Below are positions 38,123-49,508 of a DNA stretch of 64,000 nt, piece by piece. Position 1 is the first letter of the stretch; each line of letters starts with the position of its first letter. Source of the DNA: a virus; IMG/VR virus record IMGVR_UViG_3300029113_000198; one strand, written 5' to 3'. The notes under the pieces are model-generated. The model worked only from the letters and a program-made list of their open reading frames with translations, was not told where the DNA came from and ran no database searches. Made by a program: the position numbers and the translations under genes.

Positions 38123-38680
38123 ATGAGATACAACTGGAAGCTACCTATTATCGTTATTTGTGTTGTGCTGATTTCCATTCTTGGCATGACCTTTATGGTG
38201 CAGGGGCCTAAGAACACGGCCATCTCTTATGAAGAGCAGATTCAGGAAGCTAAGTCTGGCATTGAGATTCAGGAGAAGCGCAGAGCTGATCTGATTCCAA
38301 ATCTGGTTGAAACTGTCAAGGCTTATGACCAACATGAGTATCAGACACTGATGGACGTTGTGAATGCTCGTGGCACTTCCGGCCAGACCGCTCAAGAGAT
38401 TACGACTCAGATTGCAGCTATTGCGGAAGCATATCCTGAACTGAAGTCTAGCGACAACTACAAGGAGCTTATGAATGAGTTATCCGTCACTGAAAATTTG
38501 ATTGCAAACTATCGTGGCGATTACAATCGTGTCGTGAAGGAATATAAGCAGAGCGTTCGTAAGTTTCCGAACTCCTTTCTGCTGGGTCTGACTGGATATG
38601 AGGTTCAGAATTATGAGTATCTGTCCTATGAGGGGAATGAGGCGGCACCGGCAGTCGGGGACCTTTTTGGAAATCGGTAA
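38123..38680 (+). CDS. LemA-family membrane protein
   Basis: N-terminal TM helix; RRADLIPNLVETVKAYDQHE is the LemA core signature. 185 aa. Confidence 0.75.
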   Translation: MRYNWKLPIIVICVVLISILGMTFMVQGPKNTAISYEEQIQEAKSGIEIQEKRRADLIPNLVETVKAYDQHEYQTLMDVVNARGTSGQTAQEITTQIAAIAEAYPELKSSDNYKELMNELSVTENLIANYRGDYNRVVKEYKQSVRKFPNSFLLGLTGYEVQNYEYLSYEGNEAAPAVGDLFGNR

Positions 38681-38735
38681 CGCCGAAATTACTTATCGTG
38701 AATTGATCGTCAGTGTTGGTATTGTGTTCATTATG

Positions 38736-39404
38736 CTGATACTTGGTAGCGTTATCGCTGGAAATATCACCAGAGATTCACTTGAGCAGAAAAAAGAATA
38801 TAATACAGCAATTTCGATTGAGTCCGAAAATATGTTCGATTATGGAATGAGAACCAACGTAGGTAATGCGTTTTGCCAAGGCACACTAGAAGCAGTAGAT
38901 ACCGTAAGCGATTCACGTATCGACGGCCAGTGGATGTACATCTATTGCGAAGAAAAGCACTATACGATGCATACACGAACTGTCACTACTACGGATGGTA
39001 AAGGCCATACAAGAACAAGAGTCGAAACGTACTGGACTTGGGACTATTACAGCTCAGAAGAGCACAGTTCCAAAAATGTAACGTTTCTTGGCAAAGAATT
39101 CAAGTATGGTGACATCAAAATGCCATCCAGCAAGTACCTGACTACTGTACAAGTCAGTTCTCATGTGAAATTCGAGTTTTATGTCAAAGATGTTCGTTAT
39201 GATGGTACGTTGTTTGCGAATTTGAGCGACGAAAGTATACACAATGCACAATTCATTAAAGATAAAAACATCGAAGAAGCACGAGATTATATGATTTCTG
39301 CAGCTGGTACACGAGTGATTTGGTTTTATGTATTCTGGATCGCATTGATTGTAGCTGTGGTCGGAGTTTTTTATGTGGCCCAAAATCGTTGGTTGGAAGA
39401 TTAA
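38736..39404 (+). CDS. Membrane protein with TM helices at both ends (start uncertain)
   Basis: Hydrophobic N-terminus (MLILGSVIAGNIT) and C-terminus (VIWFYVFWIALIVAVVGVFYVA); sits between LemA and NrdD. Confidence 0.35.
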   Translation: MILGSVIAGNITRDSLEQKKEYNTAISIESENMFDYGMRTNVGNAFCQGTLEAVDTVSDSRIDGQWMYIYCEEKHYTMHTRTVTTTDGKGHTRTRVETYWTWDYYSSEEHSSKNVTFLGKEFKYGDIKMPSSKYLTTVQVSSHVKFEFYVKDVRYDGTLFANLSDESIHNAQFIKDKNIEEARDYMISAAGTRVIWFYVFWIALIVAVVGVFYVAQNRWLED

Positions 39405-39415
39405 GAGGTGATTAC

Positions 39416-41611
39416 ATGGAATATGTGATTAAACGCGATGGAACGAAAGTTCCTTTTGATAAAAGTAAGATTGTAAATGCGATCGAGAAGGCGATGACGA
39501 ATACGACTGGAGGAATTGATTCTCGCGTGTCTAACGCTATTGCAGACTACATCGCAGACATCCATGATACGATGTCTGTGGAGCAGATTCAGGATGTGGT
39601 TATTGACCAGTTGAATAATAGCCCTCTTTCGGATGTGGCTGACGCTTATAGTCACTGGCGTATTCTTCGGCAAGAGATTCGTGAGAAGCAACGAGCATAT
39701 GGCGAAATTCTTTCCATCTGTGATGTAGATAATGAGAAGGTCAAGCAGGAGAACAGCAACAAAAATCCTGTTGTGAATAGCGTGCAGCGTGACTATATGG
39801 CTGGCGAAGTCTCCAAAGATCTGAGCTTTAATTTGCTTCTCCCGAAAGATATTGTGGACGCTCACTATGATGGCCGAATTCATTTCCACGATTCAGACTA
39901 TTTTGCCCAGCACATGTTCAACTGCTCGTTAGTCAATCTGGAAGATATGCTGCAAAATGGCACTGTGATTTCTGGTACAGGAATCGACAAACCACATAGT
40001 TTCTCTACGGCGTGCAATATCGCAACACAGATCATTGCACAGGTTGCTTCAAATCAGTATGGTGGTCAGAGTATTACTCTGTCTCATCTGGCTCCCTTCG
40101 TGGATGTCTCTCGAAAGAAGATTGCGGGTGAAGTCTATGAGGAGTTTTACGACATGATTCAAAACAATGAGATTGATAAGATGCCAAATCAGGAGACTAT
40201 CAATCGAATTGTAGAAAAGCGTTTACATAAAGAAATCGTTGCAGGCGTTCAGACTATTCAGTATCAGGTTATTACTTTGATGACCACAAACGGGCAGGCC
40301 CCTTTTATTACCATTTTTATGTACTTGGATGAAGTTCCTGAAGGCCAGACTCGTGATGACCTTGCAATTATCATTGAAGAAGTCCTTCGTCAGCGCATTA
40401 AAGGCGTGAAGAACGAGACTGGTGCATGGATTACTCCGGCTTTCCCAAAGTTGATTTATGTGCTAGAAGAAGACAATATTCGAGATAATTCTAAGTATTA
40501 TTATCTGACTGAACTGGCAGCTAAATGTACTGCCAAGAGGTTTGTGCCCGACTACATTTCTGAGAAGAAGATGATGGAATACAAGGGTGCTTGCTATCCT
40601 TGCATGGGCTGCCGGAGCTTCCTGACCCCTGATCGAACCACCGAGAATATTTCTGGTGCCATGAATTGGGAAAAGGGTCACAAGTATTATGGTCGCTTTA
40701 ATGCTGGTGTTGTCACCATCAATCTGGTGGATGTTGCTTGTAGCTCTAAGAAGGATGTTTCTGAGTTTTGGAGAATTTTTGATGAGCGTCTTGAGCTGTG
40801 CCATCGAGCGCTTCAGATTCGGTACAAGCGATTGATGGGTACGCCTTCTGATGTAAGTCCAATTCATTTTCAGCATGGTGCAATCGCACGTTTGAAGAAG
40901 GGCGAGAAGATTGATAAATTGCTGTTTGACGGATATGCAACCATCAGTTTAGGTTACGCGGGTCTGTATGAATGTGTAAAGTACATGACCGGTAAGAGCC
41001 ATACTGATGATGAAGCAAAACCTTTTGCTCTTGAGATTATGCAACACATGAACGACAAGTGCAGTGAGTGGAAGGCAGCAGAAAATATTGATTACAGTCT
41101 CTACGGCACCCCGCTGGAATCCACCACCTACAAGTTTGCCAAGTGCCTGCAGAAGCGGTTCGGCATCATTCCAGATGTAACCGACCATGATTACATCACC
41201 AATAGCTATCATGTCGTGGTTCGTGAGCATATTGATGCATTCAAGAAGCTGAAGTTTGAGTCTGAGTTTCAGCAACTGTCTCCCGGAGGAGCGATTTCTT
41301 ATATTGAATGCCCGAACATGACCAACAACATCCCCGCTGTGATGAGTGTCATCAAATACATCTACGACACTATTATCTACGCAGAGCTGAACATCAAGTC
41401 TGATTATTGTCAGGTTTGTGGCTATGACGGCGAGATTAAGATTGTTGAAGATAACGGAAAGCTCGTTTGGGAATGCCCGAACTGTGGTAATCGTGACCAG
41501 AATAAACTGAATGTTGCACGACGTACCTGCGGTTTTATTGGGACTCAGTTCTGGAACCAGGGACGCACGCAGGAGATCAAGGATCGTGTGGTTCATTTGA
41601 GCGATAACTAA
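39416..41611 (+). CDS. nrdD: Anaerobic ribonucleoside-triphosphate reductase NrdD
   Basis: N-terminal ATP-cone (MEYVIKRDGTKVPFDKSKI); C-terminal zinc ribbon CQVCGYDGE...CPNCGN and glycyl-radical motif RRTCGFIG. Start set at ATG 39416 after AAGAGGTG. Confidence 0.85.
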   Translation: MEYVIKRDGTKVPFDKSKIVNAIEKAMTNTTGGIDSRVSNAIADYIADIHDTMSVEQIQDVVIDQLNNSPLSDVADAYSHWRILRQEIREKQRAYGEILSICDVDNEKVKQENSNKNPVVNSVQRDYMAGEVSKDLSFNLLLPKDIVDAHYDGRIHFHDSDYFAQHMFNCSLVNLEDMLQNGTVISGTGIDKPHSFSTACNIATQIIAQVASNQYGGQSITLSHLAPFVDVSRKKIAGEVYEEFYDMIQNNEIDKMPNQETINRIVEKRLHKEIVAGVQTIQYQVITLMTTNGQAPFITIFMYLDEVPEGQTRDDLAIIIEEVLRQRIKGVKNETGAWITPAFPKLIYVLEEDNIRDNSKYYYLTELAAKCTAKRFVPDYISEKKMMEYKGACYPCMGCRSFLTPDRTTENISGAMNWEKGHKYYGRFNAGVVTINLVDVACSSKKDVSEFWRIFDERLELCHRALQIRYKRLMGTPSDVSPIHFQHGAIARLKKGEKIDKLLFDGYATISLGYAGLYECVKYMTGKSHTDDEAKPFALEIMQHMNDKCSEWKAAENIDYSLYGTPLESTTYKFAKCLQKRFGIIPDVTDHDYITNSYHVVVREHIDAFKKLKFESEFQQLSPGGAISYIECPNMTNNIPAVMSVIKYIYDTIIYAELNIKSDYCQVCGYDGEIKIVEDNGKLVWECPNCGNRDQNKLNVARRTCGFIGTQFWNQGRTQEIKDRVVHLSDN

Positions 41612-41625
41612 ACAAAGGATAAAAT

Positions 41626-41958
41626 ATGGATACTACACAACAGATTTTAGAGCGAGATTGGGATAATGGTTTTGTTAAAAAGATGCAGAATCGTATTTTG
41701 GTATCTCATTATAAATATGGTTGGATGAATCAGACATATCCAGATTTGGCTCAAGCTGTAAAGGAAATTTATCCAAGAGTCAAAAAGTATTTAGAGACAG
41801 GAAATACAGAATGGCTCATTGATGTTGCTAATTTTGCAATGATTGAATATTTGCATCCTAGTGTTGTTGGAGCGCATTTTAAAGGAACGGATAGTGAAGA
41901 GTCTCCGGGACTGACAAGTGGAATCAGCTACAAAGAACTCGAAGAGAGTATGAAGTAA
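41626..41958 (+). CDS. Hypothetical protein (possibly MazG-like NTP pyrophosphohydrolase; weak)
   Basis: 110 aa with AAAGGATAAAAT RBS region; helical, conserved W/Y-rich core; no firm motif. Confidence 0.3.
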   Translation: MDTTQQILERDWDNGFVKKMQNRILVSHYKYGWMNQTYPDLAQAVKEIYPRVKKYLETGNTEWLIDVANFAMIEYLHPSVVGAHFKGTDSEESPGLTSGISYKELEESMK

Positions 41959-42082
41959 AATTTGAATATAAGTGGTGGGTTGGTGGGATTACATATGAAA
42001 GAAATTATTGTTTTCTTTGTGATTGTATGGGTTATCGCCTATTACATTTTAAAAGATAACTACAAAGATTAAGGAGATACTT

Positions 42083-42934
42083 ATGAAGAAATTTATGGCA
42101 ATTTTTGTTGCATTCCTCATTGCAGTTGGTGCAGTGCTTTGTACCGAGCGAGTACATACTGGTTATGTTGGTGTTGTTTATTCCGCAAAGGGTGTCGAGC
42201 AGCAGACTATTTCTCAAGGCTGGCATTTCATGAGTCCCCTGAAGCATGTGTCTGAGTTCCCGATTACTCAGCAGCGAGTGGTATTTTCTAATGCTCCGTC
42301 CGACTATGGCACAAAGGAACACGCAGATTGGCACATCGATGCCCCTGCTAATGGCGGTACGATTGCAATCAACTTGACTGTCAATTATAACTTCCTGCCG
42401 GAGCATGTTGTTGAACTGTACACCAAGTTTGGTGGCATGGATGGCGAGAGTCTGATGGAGAGTAAGATTCAGAACGATATTATTGCTTACGTCAAGGAAG
42501 TTACTCCTCAGTTCAGTGTCATGCAGATTTATTCCGATGACCGTGCAGGTGTTAATACTGCAATCACCGACTATCTGAATGAGAAGCTAACCGCAGAATA
42601 TGGTATCAATGTTTCTTCCGCACTGATTGTTGACGCACAGCCTGACGATACCCTGATGCAGAAGATTCGCGCAAAGGAGCAGGCAAAGCAGGATGCAGAG
42701 ATTGCAGAGCTGAATAAACAGACCGCTCTGGCTCAGGCAGAGACTGATAAGGTTAAGGCACAGACGGAAGCTGATGTTAAGATGATTGAAGCACAGGCTG
42801 AGGCTGATGCGAATAAGGTGCTTTCCGAATCTATTACTCCTGAACTGATTCAGATGAAGGAAGCAGAAGCTCGCCTGAAGCATGGCTGGGTTACCGTACA
42901 GGGCGCAGATACTGTCGTTACCAAGGGTGAGTAA
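42083..42934 (+). CDS. SPFH/Band-7 (prohibitin/HflK-like) membrane protein
   Basis: N-terminal TM, SPFH core (GYVGVVYS...QGWHFMSP), C-terminal coiled-coil QAKQDAEIAELNKQTALAQAETDKVKAQTEAD. Confidence 0.75.
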   Translation: MKKFMAIFVAFLIAVGAVLCTERVHTGYVGVVYSAKGVEQQTISQGWHFMSPLKHVSEFPITQQRVVFSNAPSDYGTKEHADWHIDAPANGGTIAINLTVNYNFLPEHVVELYTKFGGMDGESLMESKIQNDIIAYVKEVTPQFSVMQIYSDDRAGVNTAITDYLNEKLTAEYGINVSSALIVDAQPDDTLMQKIRAKEQAKQDAEIAELNKQTALAQAETDKVKAQTEADVKMIEAQAEADANKVLSESITPELIQMKEAEARLKHGWVTVQGADTVVTKGE

Positions 42935-45504
42935 ATAAGAATTACGATAAAGATTGGAGTCTATAAAATGAAACGAATGTTTGGCATGATGCCCAGTAGT
43001 GAAGTTGAATTGCGTGAAAGTTACAAAGATAATTTTGGACTGACCGTAAGAATTGAAGCTGGCAAGCATGGATGGACTATTATGTGGGCAGATGGTGGTT
43101 CTGATTACAAGGATGTCGATGCAGAATCCGCTATTGAAAATTTTAATGAAGCATTTGAGACTGCACAGAATAGGATTGGAAAACTCGTAAAAGTGCGTTG
43201 TTGTGGTGAATGTTGCGGTGAGTGCTAAGAGGTCTTGTAAAATGAAAATTCTTGAAAGAAGGTGATTGGTATAGAAGCATGGAAGAATTTCTTTAAGGCG
43301 CTTGGTTCTTTCCTTGGGATTGTTGTACTTTTTTGTGCTACATATTTTGTATCGTGGATTACCACGATTGGTATTATCTGGCTGATTTTTAAGCTGTTAA
43401 ACATCACGTTCACAGTCAAGGTCGCAACAGGTATTTGGTTGGCACTTATTTTACTTGAATGTTTCATTAAGGGCAATCGAAGTAAATAAATCAACTAGTA
43501 GGGTGGGCGTGGTGGCATGAAAGGAGCTATATGGATTATTGGTCTGTTGAAGTAATGTATTACGATGATGGTCATCAGGAATTTAATACATATATGGTTA
43601 AGGCACAGGATCAGAATGATGCTATGAACAAAGCGCGTCATCGCTTTGAAAAATCTCATCCCGGTGTGAGCTGTATGGTTCAGAATGTAGAAAAGGCAGG
43701 TGGCTAAAATGGAAGACGAAAATATCGTTTATGAAAACATCAATCCTGAAGACGATGATGAAAGATATTTTTTAACTCCTTGGGGTTGTCTTTGCTGTGC
43801 GTTTGCAGATTTTAGTCTAAAACCTCCTGAAATCTCTGAAAAGATGGCTGATGCTCTCATGGATGATTTCTTTGAGATTATGGAAGCAGCGGGTATTTTA
43901 GAGAAGAAAAATAAATCTTGATAAAAGTGCCGTTCTAGGAGGCGACTATATGGAAAAGAAATACGTAAAAATCTTTAAATGCCGTGGATGCAATCGCGAT
44001 ATCATTAAAAATGATGTTGATTTATCTATTGCTGAGAAATGGACTCTTTCAGGAATGTTTGAAGATGGGTGTAAACCCGTTGAAGTGTCTGGCGGTTCTA
44101 GGCTTTCTGGACAGAATAAATTCCTGCTTCATCGGTGTAATCCAGAGAAGCTTTGTGTTTGTGATTTTATTGGATGGAAAAAAATTGAGGCTAAAAATGA
44201 TTAACAATCCTTTTGCAGAAAATGGCATCATTTCCTGCCAGTGCTGTGACAGTGGTGAATATCTCTTTAATGAAGATGGTAACCGTAATGGTTACTGTGG
44301 TAACTGCGGAGCTAGAATCGACTGGCCGGAAGATAAAGACGGTTGGAAGAATACAAATACTGACCTGCCGAAATATGGAGTGCTGTGCAAGATTAAATAT
44401 AAAGATGGTCGAGAGGATACGGCTGTTTTAAGTTCTTATGTCGGATGGCATACCGAAGGCGTATTTAATACTCTCAAAGAGCCGGATTATTGGCGATACA
44501 TGATTGAGGAAGAGAAGAATGGGGCTTAAAGAACACAAAACCGGATGCGCTTTCTAAAATTCCGCTTTTAACAGAAAGGAAAGGCATGTTTAAGACTTTT
44601 AAAAATACTGCTGTATGCGTCCTTCTGGCAGCGATTATGCTGACTGGATGCAGTGCAAGTGTGAAAGACTCAGTAGGAAATGTAGCTGTAGAGAATGGCT
44701 GGTTCTATCGTATCAGTGATACTCCTATGGTATACGACAACACACATTATGTATTACTTATTCTCTAAATGTACAGGCAATCAAGGCTACGGTTATATGT
44801 CTCCTTATTATAATGAGCACGGTCAGATGTGCTACTACGTTGATGGTCAGGTTATTCCAATCGAGGGGGTGCTAATCGATGCTGACTGAGATTGTTTGGA
44901 TGCTTGTTAAATCGTATATCGTTTTGATTCTTACAGCCGCAATTATCCGCTCTGAAGAAATTCTATACGATTTCTTACGTAATACTGTAATGTATGACAT
45001 CAAACTTAAATATGTAAAGTGGACTGTCGTTGCACTGAATATTCTTATTATCGTATGTGTGAGTCTATGGACAAAGGTGATTTAAAATGGATACTAGCTT
45101 TAATTTAAAGCACGTTCCCGGAAGCTTTGCATGGATTATTGAGCGAGAGAATGCCGACAAAAACTGTAATAAATGTGATACCAACGGAAATGTGAATATA
45201 ACATTCTTTGACGGTACTCAGAAAAAGTGGCGTTGCCCAATTTGCCTTGGATACAAAAAGGTTGTAAAAGACGTATATCGAATCAAAAAATGTAAAATCA
45301 AGAGAGTAAACATCGGAGCAAGGATTAACGAAGATGGCAATTTAACGGTAGAAGAAGAATCTATTCAACTAGAAGGAACTAACATAAGGGACAATATCGA
45401 TCCTGATTTTGAGTATTACATTCGTAATATTTATGACACAGAAAGTGATGCGAAAATTGCGGCAAACGAAATCAATAAAGCACGAGGGAACACTGATGAA
45501 TTAT

Positions 45505-46041
45505 ATGAAGATTGTCCCATGTGATATAGCGAATGGTCCGGGCGTAAGAGTCACGTTATTCTGTGCTGGTTGCAATCACCATTGCCCCGGTTGCCAGAAT
45601 CCTACTACATGGGACCCGAATGGTGGTCAGCCATTCACAGATGAAACGCTTGATAAAATTGTAGATTTACTTCGACCTGATTATATTCAAGGGCTTACGC
45701 TCACTGGTGGAGATCCGTTATATCCAGAAAATCGAGAAACAATCAGTGATATTATTTATAAAGTCTTAGTTGAGTTTGGAGATAAAAAAGACATCTGGAT
45801 GTGGACTGGATATACCTATGAAGAATTACTAAGCCAGATAAATCCGCTCAATAAAAATGATGACATCGATATGATTTTAAATCTTATTGATGTCATCGTG
45901 GATGGCTCATATATTGAATCAAAACGTGACATCTCACTACCTTATATGGGAAGCTCTAATCAGAGAGTTATCGATTGCATGAAAACTACTGGATACGACA
46001 ATATAGTCCTTTGGTGGACTCCAGAAGAGAAAGGAAAATAA
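45505..46041 (+). CDS. nrdG: Anaerobic ribonucleotide reductase activating protein NrdG (radical SAM)
   Basis: MKIVPCDIANGPGVRVTLFCAGCNHHCPGCQN is the canonical NrdG N-terminus (CDxxNGxGxR...CxxxCxxC); GGDPLY SAM motif. Confidence 0.8.
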   Translation: MKIVPCDIANGPGVRVTLFCAGCNHHCPGCQNPTTWDPNGGQPFTDETLDKIVDLLRPDYIQGLTLTGGDPLYPENRETISDIIYKVLVEFGDKKDIWMWTGYTYEELLSQINPLNKNDDIDMILNLIDVIVDGSYIESKRDISLPYMGSSNQRVIDCMKTTGYDNIVLWWTPEEKGK

Positions 46042-46042
46042 T

Positions 46043-46576
46043 ATGGATTTAGGAAACGCAACTACTAATCTTGGCTATGGCATGAGTCGGATGCCGTATC
46101 GCCCCAACATTAAAATCAATAAACTGCACGAAGATGCTCATCTGCCGACTTATGGCTCAAAAAACGCTGCTTGTGCAGACCTGTACGCTTATATTGGTTT
46201 TGATGATGCAATGATGGTGAATAAGAACGGTGACCGTTGTATTATGATTCAGCCTGGCGAAACCGTTAAGGTTCATACTGGTCTGCGGATGGCTCCGCCG
46301 GAAGGTTGGTATGTCGCTATCTATGCTCGCAGCGGTTTGGCAACCAAGCAGGGACTTGCTCCTGCGAACAAAACAGGAATTTGCGATCAGGATTACCGTG
46401 GAGAGTATATTGTAGCACTACATAATCATTCTAATATCCCTCAAATGATTACTCACGGCGATCGCATTGCTCAGATGGCAGTTGTTCCGTTCTGGCAGGC
46501 TGATTTTGAAGAAGTTTCCGAATTGGACGAAACTGAGCGTGGAACCGGTGGTTTTGGAAGTACCGGAAAGCAGTAA
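46043..46576 (+). CDS. dut: dUTP diphosphatase (dUTPase)
   Basis: Motifs AACADLYA (II), ARSGLATKQGL (III), GICDQDYRGEY (IV), RGTGGFGSTG (V). Confidence 0.85.
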   Translation: MDLGNATTNLGYGMSRMPYRPNIKINKLHEDAHLPTYGSKNAACADLYAYIGFDDAMMVNKNGDRCIMIQPGETVKVHTGLRMAPPEGWYVAIYARSGLATKQGLAPANKTGICDQDYRGEYIVALHNHSNIPQMITHGDRIAQMAVVPFWQADFEEVSELDETERGTGGFGSTGKQ

Positions 46577-48691
46577 TGGAGAGAATTATGGGAAAGACGA
46601 TCGATACATCCGAGCTTCTATATCGGATGGGTAAGTATTCTGAAATCAATGTCGGAGAAGAAAGACACGATGCGTTTATGCACTTCATGCTTCTTCTGAC
46701 TCGCACGATTGAGAAGATGCCAAATGCTACATTGACTCATAAAAATCCGATTGATGACGAGATTATGGAAAATCAGTATAAGCTGATGAATGCAATCTCT
46801 CTGGCGACTGGTCGCACCAGAAATGACGGCTGGTATCCTACTTGGATTGGCATGACTATGAAAATTGTGCGTTTAAAGAGTGAAGAGTCTGCTGGTTTCT
46901 GGTATATCAAAGACAACGAAGGACACGATTATTCAGGTTCAATGCACACGTCACATGTAACTGATTATTATATCTCGGACGATAAGAAGAACATTATCAT
47001 TCAAACCGTGAACACGATTTATAAGTTTGAAAAAGTAGAGGAGGACTAAATTATGGCTAAGTATTTTTATGTGTACAATATTGTTGGTGTCGAGGATTCC
47101 ATTGTGAAGATGTTCAATACTGACACCGGCGCAATGTGCGAGAAGAGCGTGCCGAAGGATCGTATGGATGGTTTTATTGATGGCATCAAGGCAAGCGGTT
47201 TTGTTCCGAATAAGGAAATGGCAGATGCTGATGTTGCAGAGGGCGAAGCAAAGCGTGTTCTGGCAGAGAAGATGACTGCTTATCAGGCAGCTCGCGACGA
47301 TTATCATAATAAGAGCGAGACTCTAAAGAAGGTCAAGTCTAAGTACGGCATTAAGTAAGGAGAATACATAATGAAGTATTACGCTATTGAATCTCATTAC
47401 GAGAAAGAAGCTCCATTTGGAATTGCATGGCAAGTAAAGCTGTTTGACGGGCATACGCTTTTGGAAGAGTACGACCACATCTTCTATAACGAGGTTGCTG
47501 GCTACTGCAAGTGTCTTGAAGATATAGGATTCGTGGATGAGCGATGGACTTTTAAAAGGACACAGGACGAAGAAATCCATGACTTTGTTAAAATGTGCAT
47601 AAAGGAAAAGGAGAATGCACTTCAGACGGAGTGGTATGAAATGACCGGCAACTGGCCGAATGGCGCAGTGACTCTCGATTAAAAGGTAAATTTTACGGAG
47701 GAAGTGATTCTATGGCATACGCAGGCAAAAATGGATACGATAAAGACACGGATATTTTATTTCCGATAGCTACTAATATTATTGGATGGGTAGGTAAAGC
47801 AGATAGAGAAGAGATTCTTGATCTCAGTTTTGAACGAATTTCCCTTTATCAAGTAGGGAAGATCCTTGAAAAACTTGGCTATCAGAATATTGATATGAGC
47901 GAAAACGGATGGGAAATGGATTACTGGTGGGAGTACGAACTTGCCAATAACGCCAATGATATTCCAAGCCTTCCTTGTCGAGTTCAAATTAAAGGAAGTT
48001 GCGCAGATGGCACAATGATGCTTAATGCTTTAGATAACGAATAACTCTAATAGTAGTGGTGGGTGGGAGGAATAAACAATATGAAAGCACATATTCGAAA
48101 AGAAAAGAAAACAGCTCCATTAAAACTTGGTGAGGGAATGCTACTTCAGGACAAAGACGGCAAAATGTATAAGGTTTGCGACACAGTAGAATATGACGAG
48201 ACACATACAGACGATGAAGTTATCAAAGTTGCTTTATCCGAAGAGAATATGATTCAAGAAAGAAATCTCCAAGATATTTTTAATAGGTCGTTTGTGTTTG
48301 CAGCGAATAATATTTGAGGAATAAAATATGGTTTACGACATTAAAACAGTCCCAGAAGATACCCCTCTATGGTGTACTGGATTTAGATTTGACGATACAA
48401 AGGCTGGCATCAAATGTGAGCCTGTCTTTGGTACTTTTGAAGAAAGAAGTTGCTATTCTAAGTTTCATACCTTGAGTAACAAAACGAGATCAAAGACTTT
48501 TAGCGTTGGGGCAAATCCTGATTATTATCGATTTGCAGACACTTATGAAGAAGCCGCAACCGAATATAATGGTATGATTTTCGCTGCCAAATACGAACTT
48601 ATGAAAAAACAAGAATATCTGGAGCAGTGTTTGCTGGCTGATAAGAATGGGTCAGTATATGGTCATGTGAGTATGCAGTAAGGAGTATGGT

Positions 48692-48925
48692 ATGGCAATT
48701 AAGATTATTAAACACAAACATGAGCGAAAGAAAATAAGATATGCCGTTAAATTCCTTTGTAAATGTGGATGCGTATTTTGGGCTGATGACGAAGATACGA
48801 AAATCCCAAAAGAATTTGATTGGACTGAATACTCACCGGTCAAACAGGCGATTTGCCCAGAATGCAACACAGAAGTTTCATCTTGTTTCCCGGCAGTTCC
48901 AAGAGAAAAGATTTTTGTGGATTGA
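48692..48925 (+). CDS. Small zinc-ribbon protein, MAIKII family member 1
   Basis: MAIKIIKHK...CKCGCVFWAD...CPECN; 5' 17 nt identical to the 49156 gene. Confidence 0.4.
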   Translation: MAIKIIKHKHERKKIRYAVKFLCKCGCVFWADDEDTKIPKEFDWTEYSPVKQAICPECNTEVSSCFPAVPREKIFVD

Positions 48926-48934
48926 GGTGCAGAT

Positions 48935-49165
48935 ATGTATAAAACTGATAGTTTGAAAAATCCAGTAATCGTATTCCATTGCAAAAACTGTGGTTGTACA
49001 ACTAAAATTCGAGTGGCTTCTTTTGAAAATCCTGATTTGGACATTCCTGAGAATAATGTGATTGCGTGCTATAGGTGTAGAGCGGAAGTTGCTGGATCTG
49101 AGTTTATTTCTTGGAAAGAAGCAACTAAAACTATTTTTACCGTGGAGGTGTCTGATGGCAATTAA
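48935..49165 (+). CDS. Small zinc-ribbon protein (CKNCGC...CYRC)
   Basis: Between the two MAIKII paralogs, same Cys spacing style. Confidence 0.35.
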   Translation: MYKTDSLKNPVIVFHCKNCGCTTKIRVASFENPDLDIPENNVIACYRCRAEVAGSEFISWKEATKTIFTVEVSDGN

Positions 49166-49508
49166 GATTATTTCGTCTCCCAGAAATATTGCTGTGAAAT
49201 TCAAATGTGAATGCGGTTGCGAATTTTATGCAGACCAATATGATATGAACCCTTATACAAAAGATCATTATCTTTGGTGTTCAAATTGTCCAGATTGTGG
49301 CAAGTTGGTTGTTAGTAAAGAATCTCCTGTTCCGTCATGGAAAGTCTTAAATGTATTTGACTTGTTTAATAATTGGGTCAGAGAACGTGAAGAAAAGAAG
49401 TTTGAAGTTGAGAAAATGCGTCGTGAACAGATGTATATCCTTAGCAAGCATTACCTCCTTGAAGAACGTCCGAAAGACGGTAACAAAAACGACGAATCTA
49501 CGTTATGA
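49156..49508 (+). CDS. Small zinc-ribbon protein, MAIKII family member 2
   Basis: MAIKIISSPRNIAVKFKCECGCEFYAD...CSNCPDCG. Confidence 0.4.
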
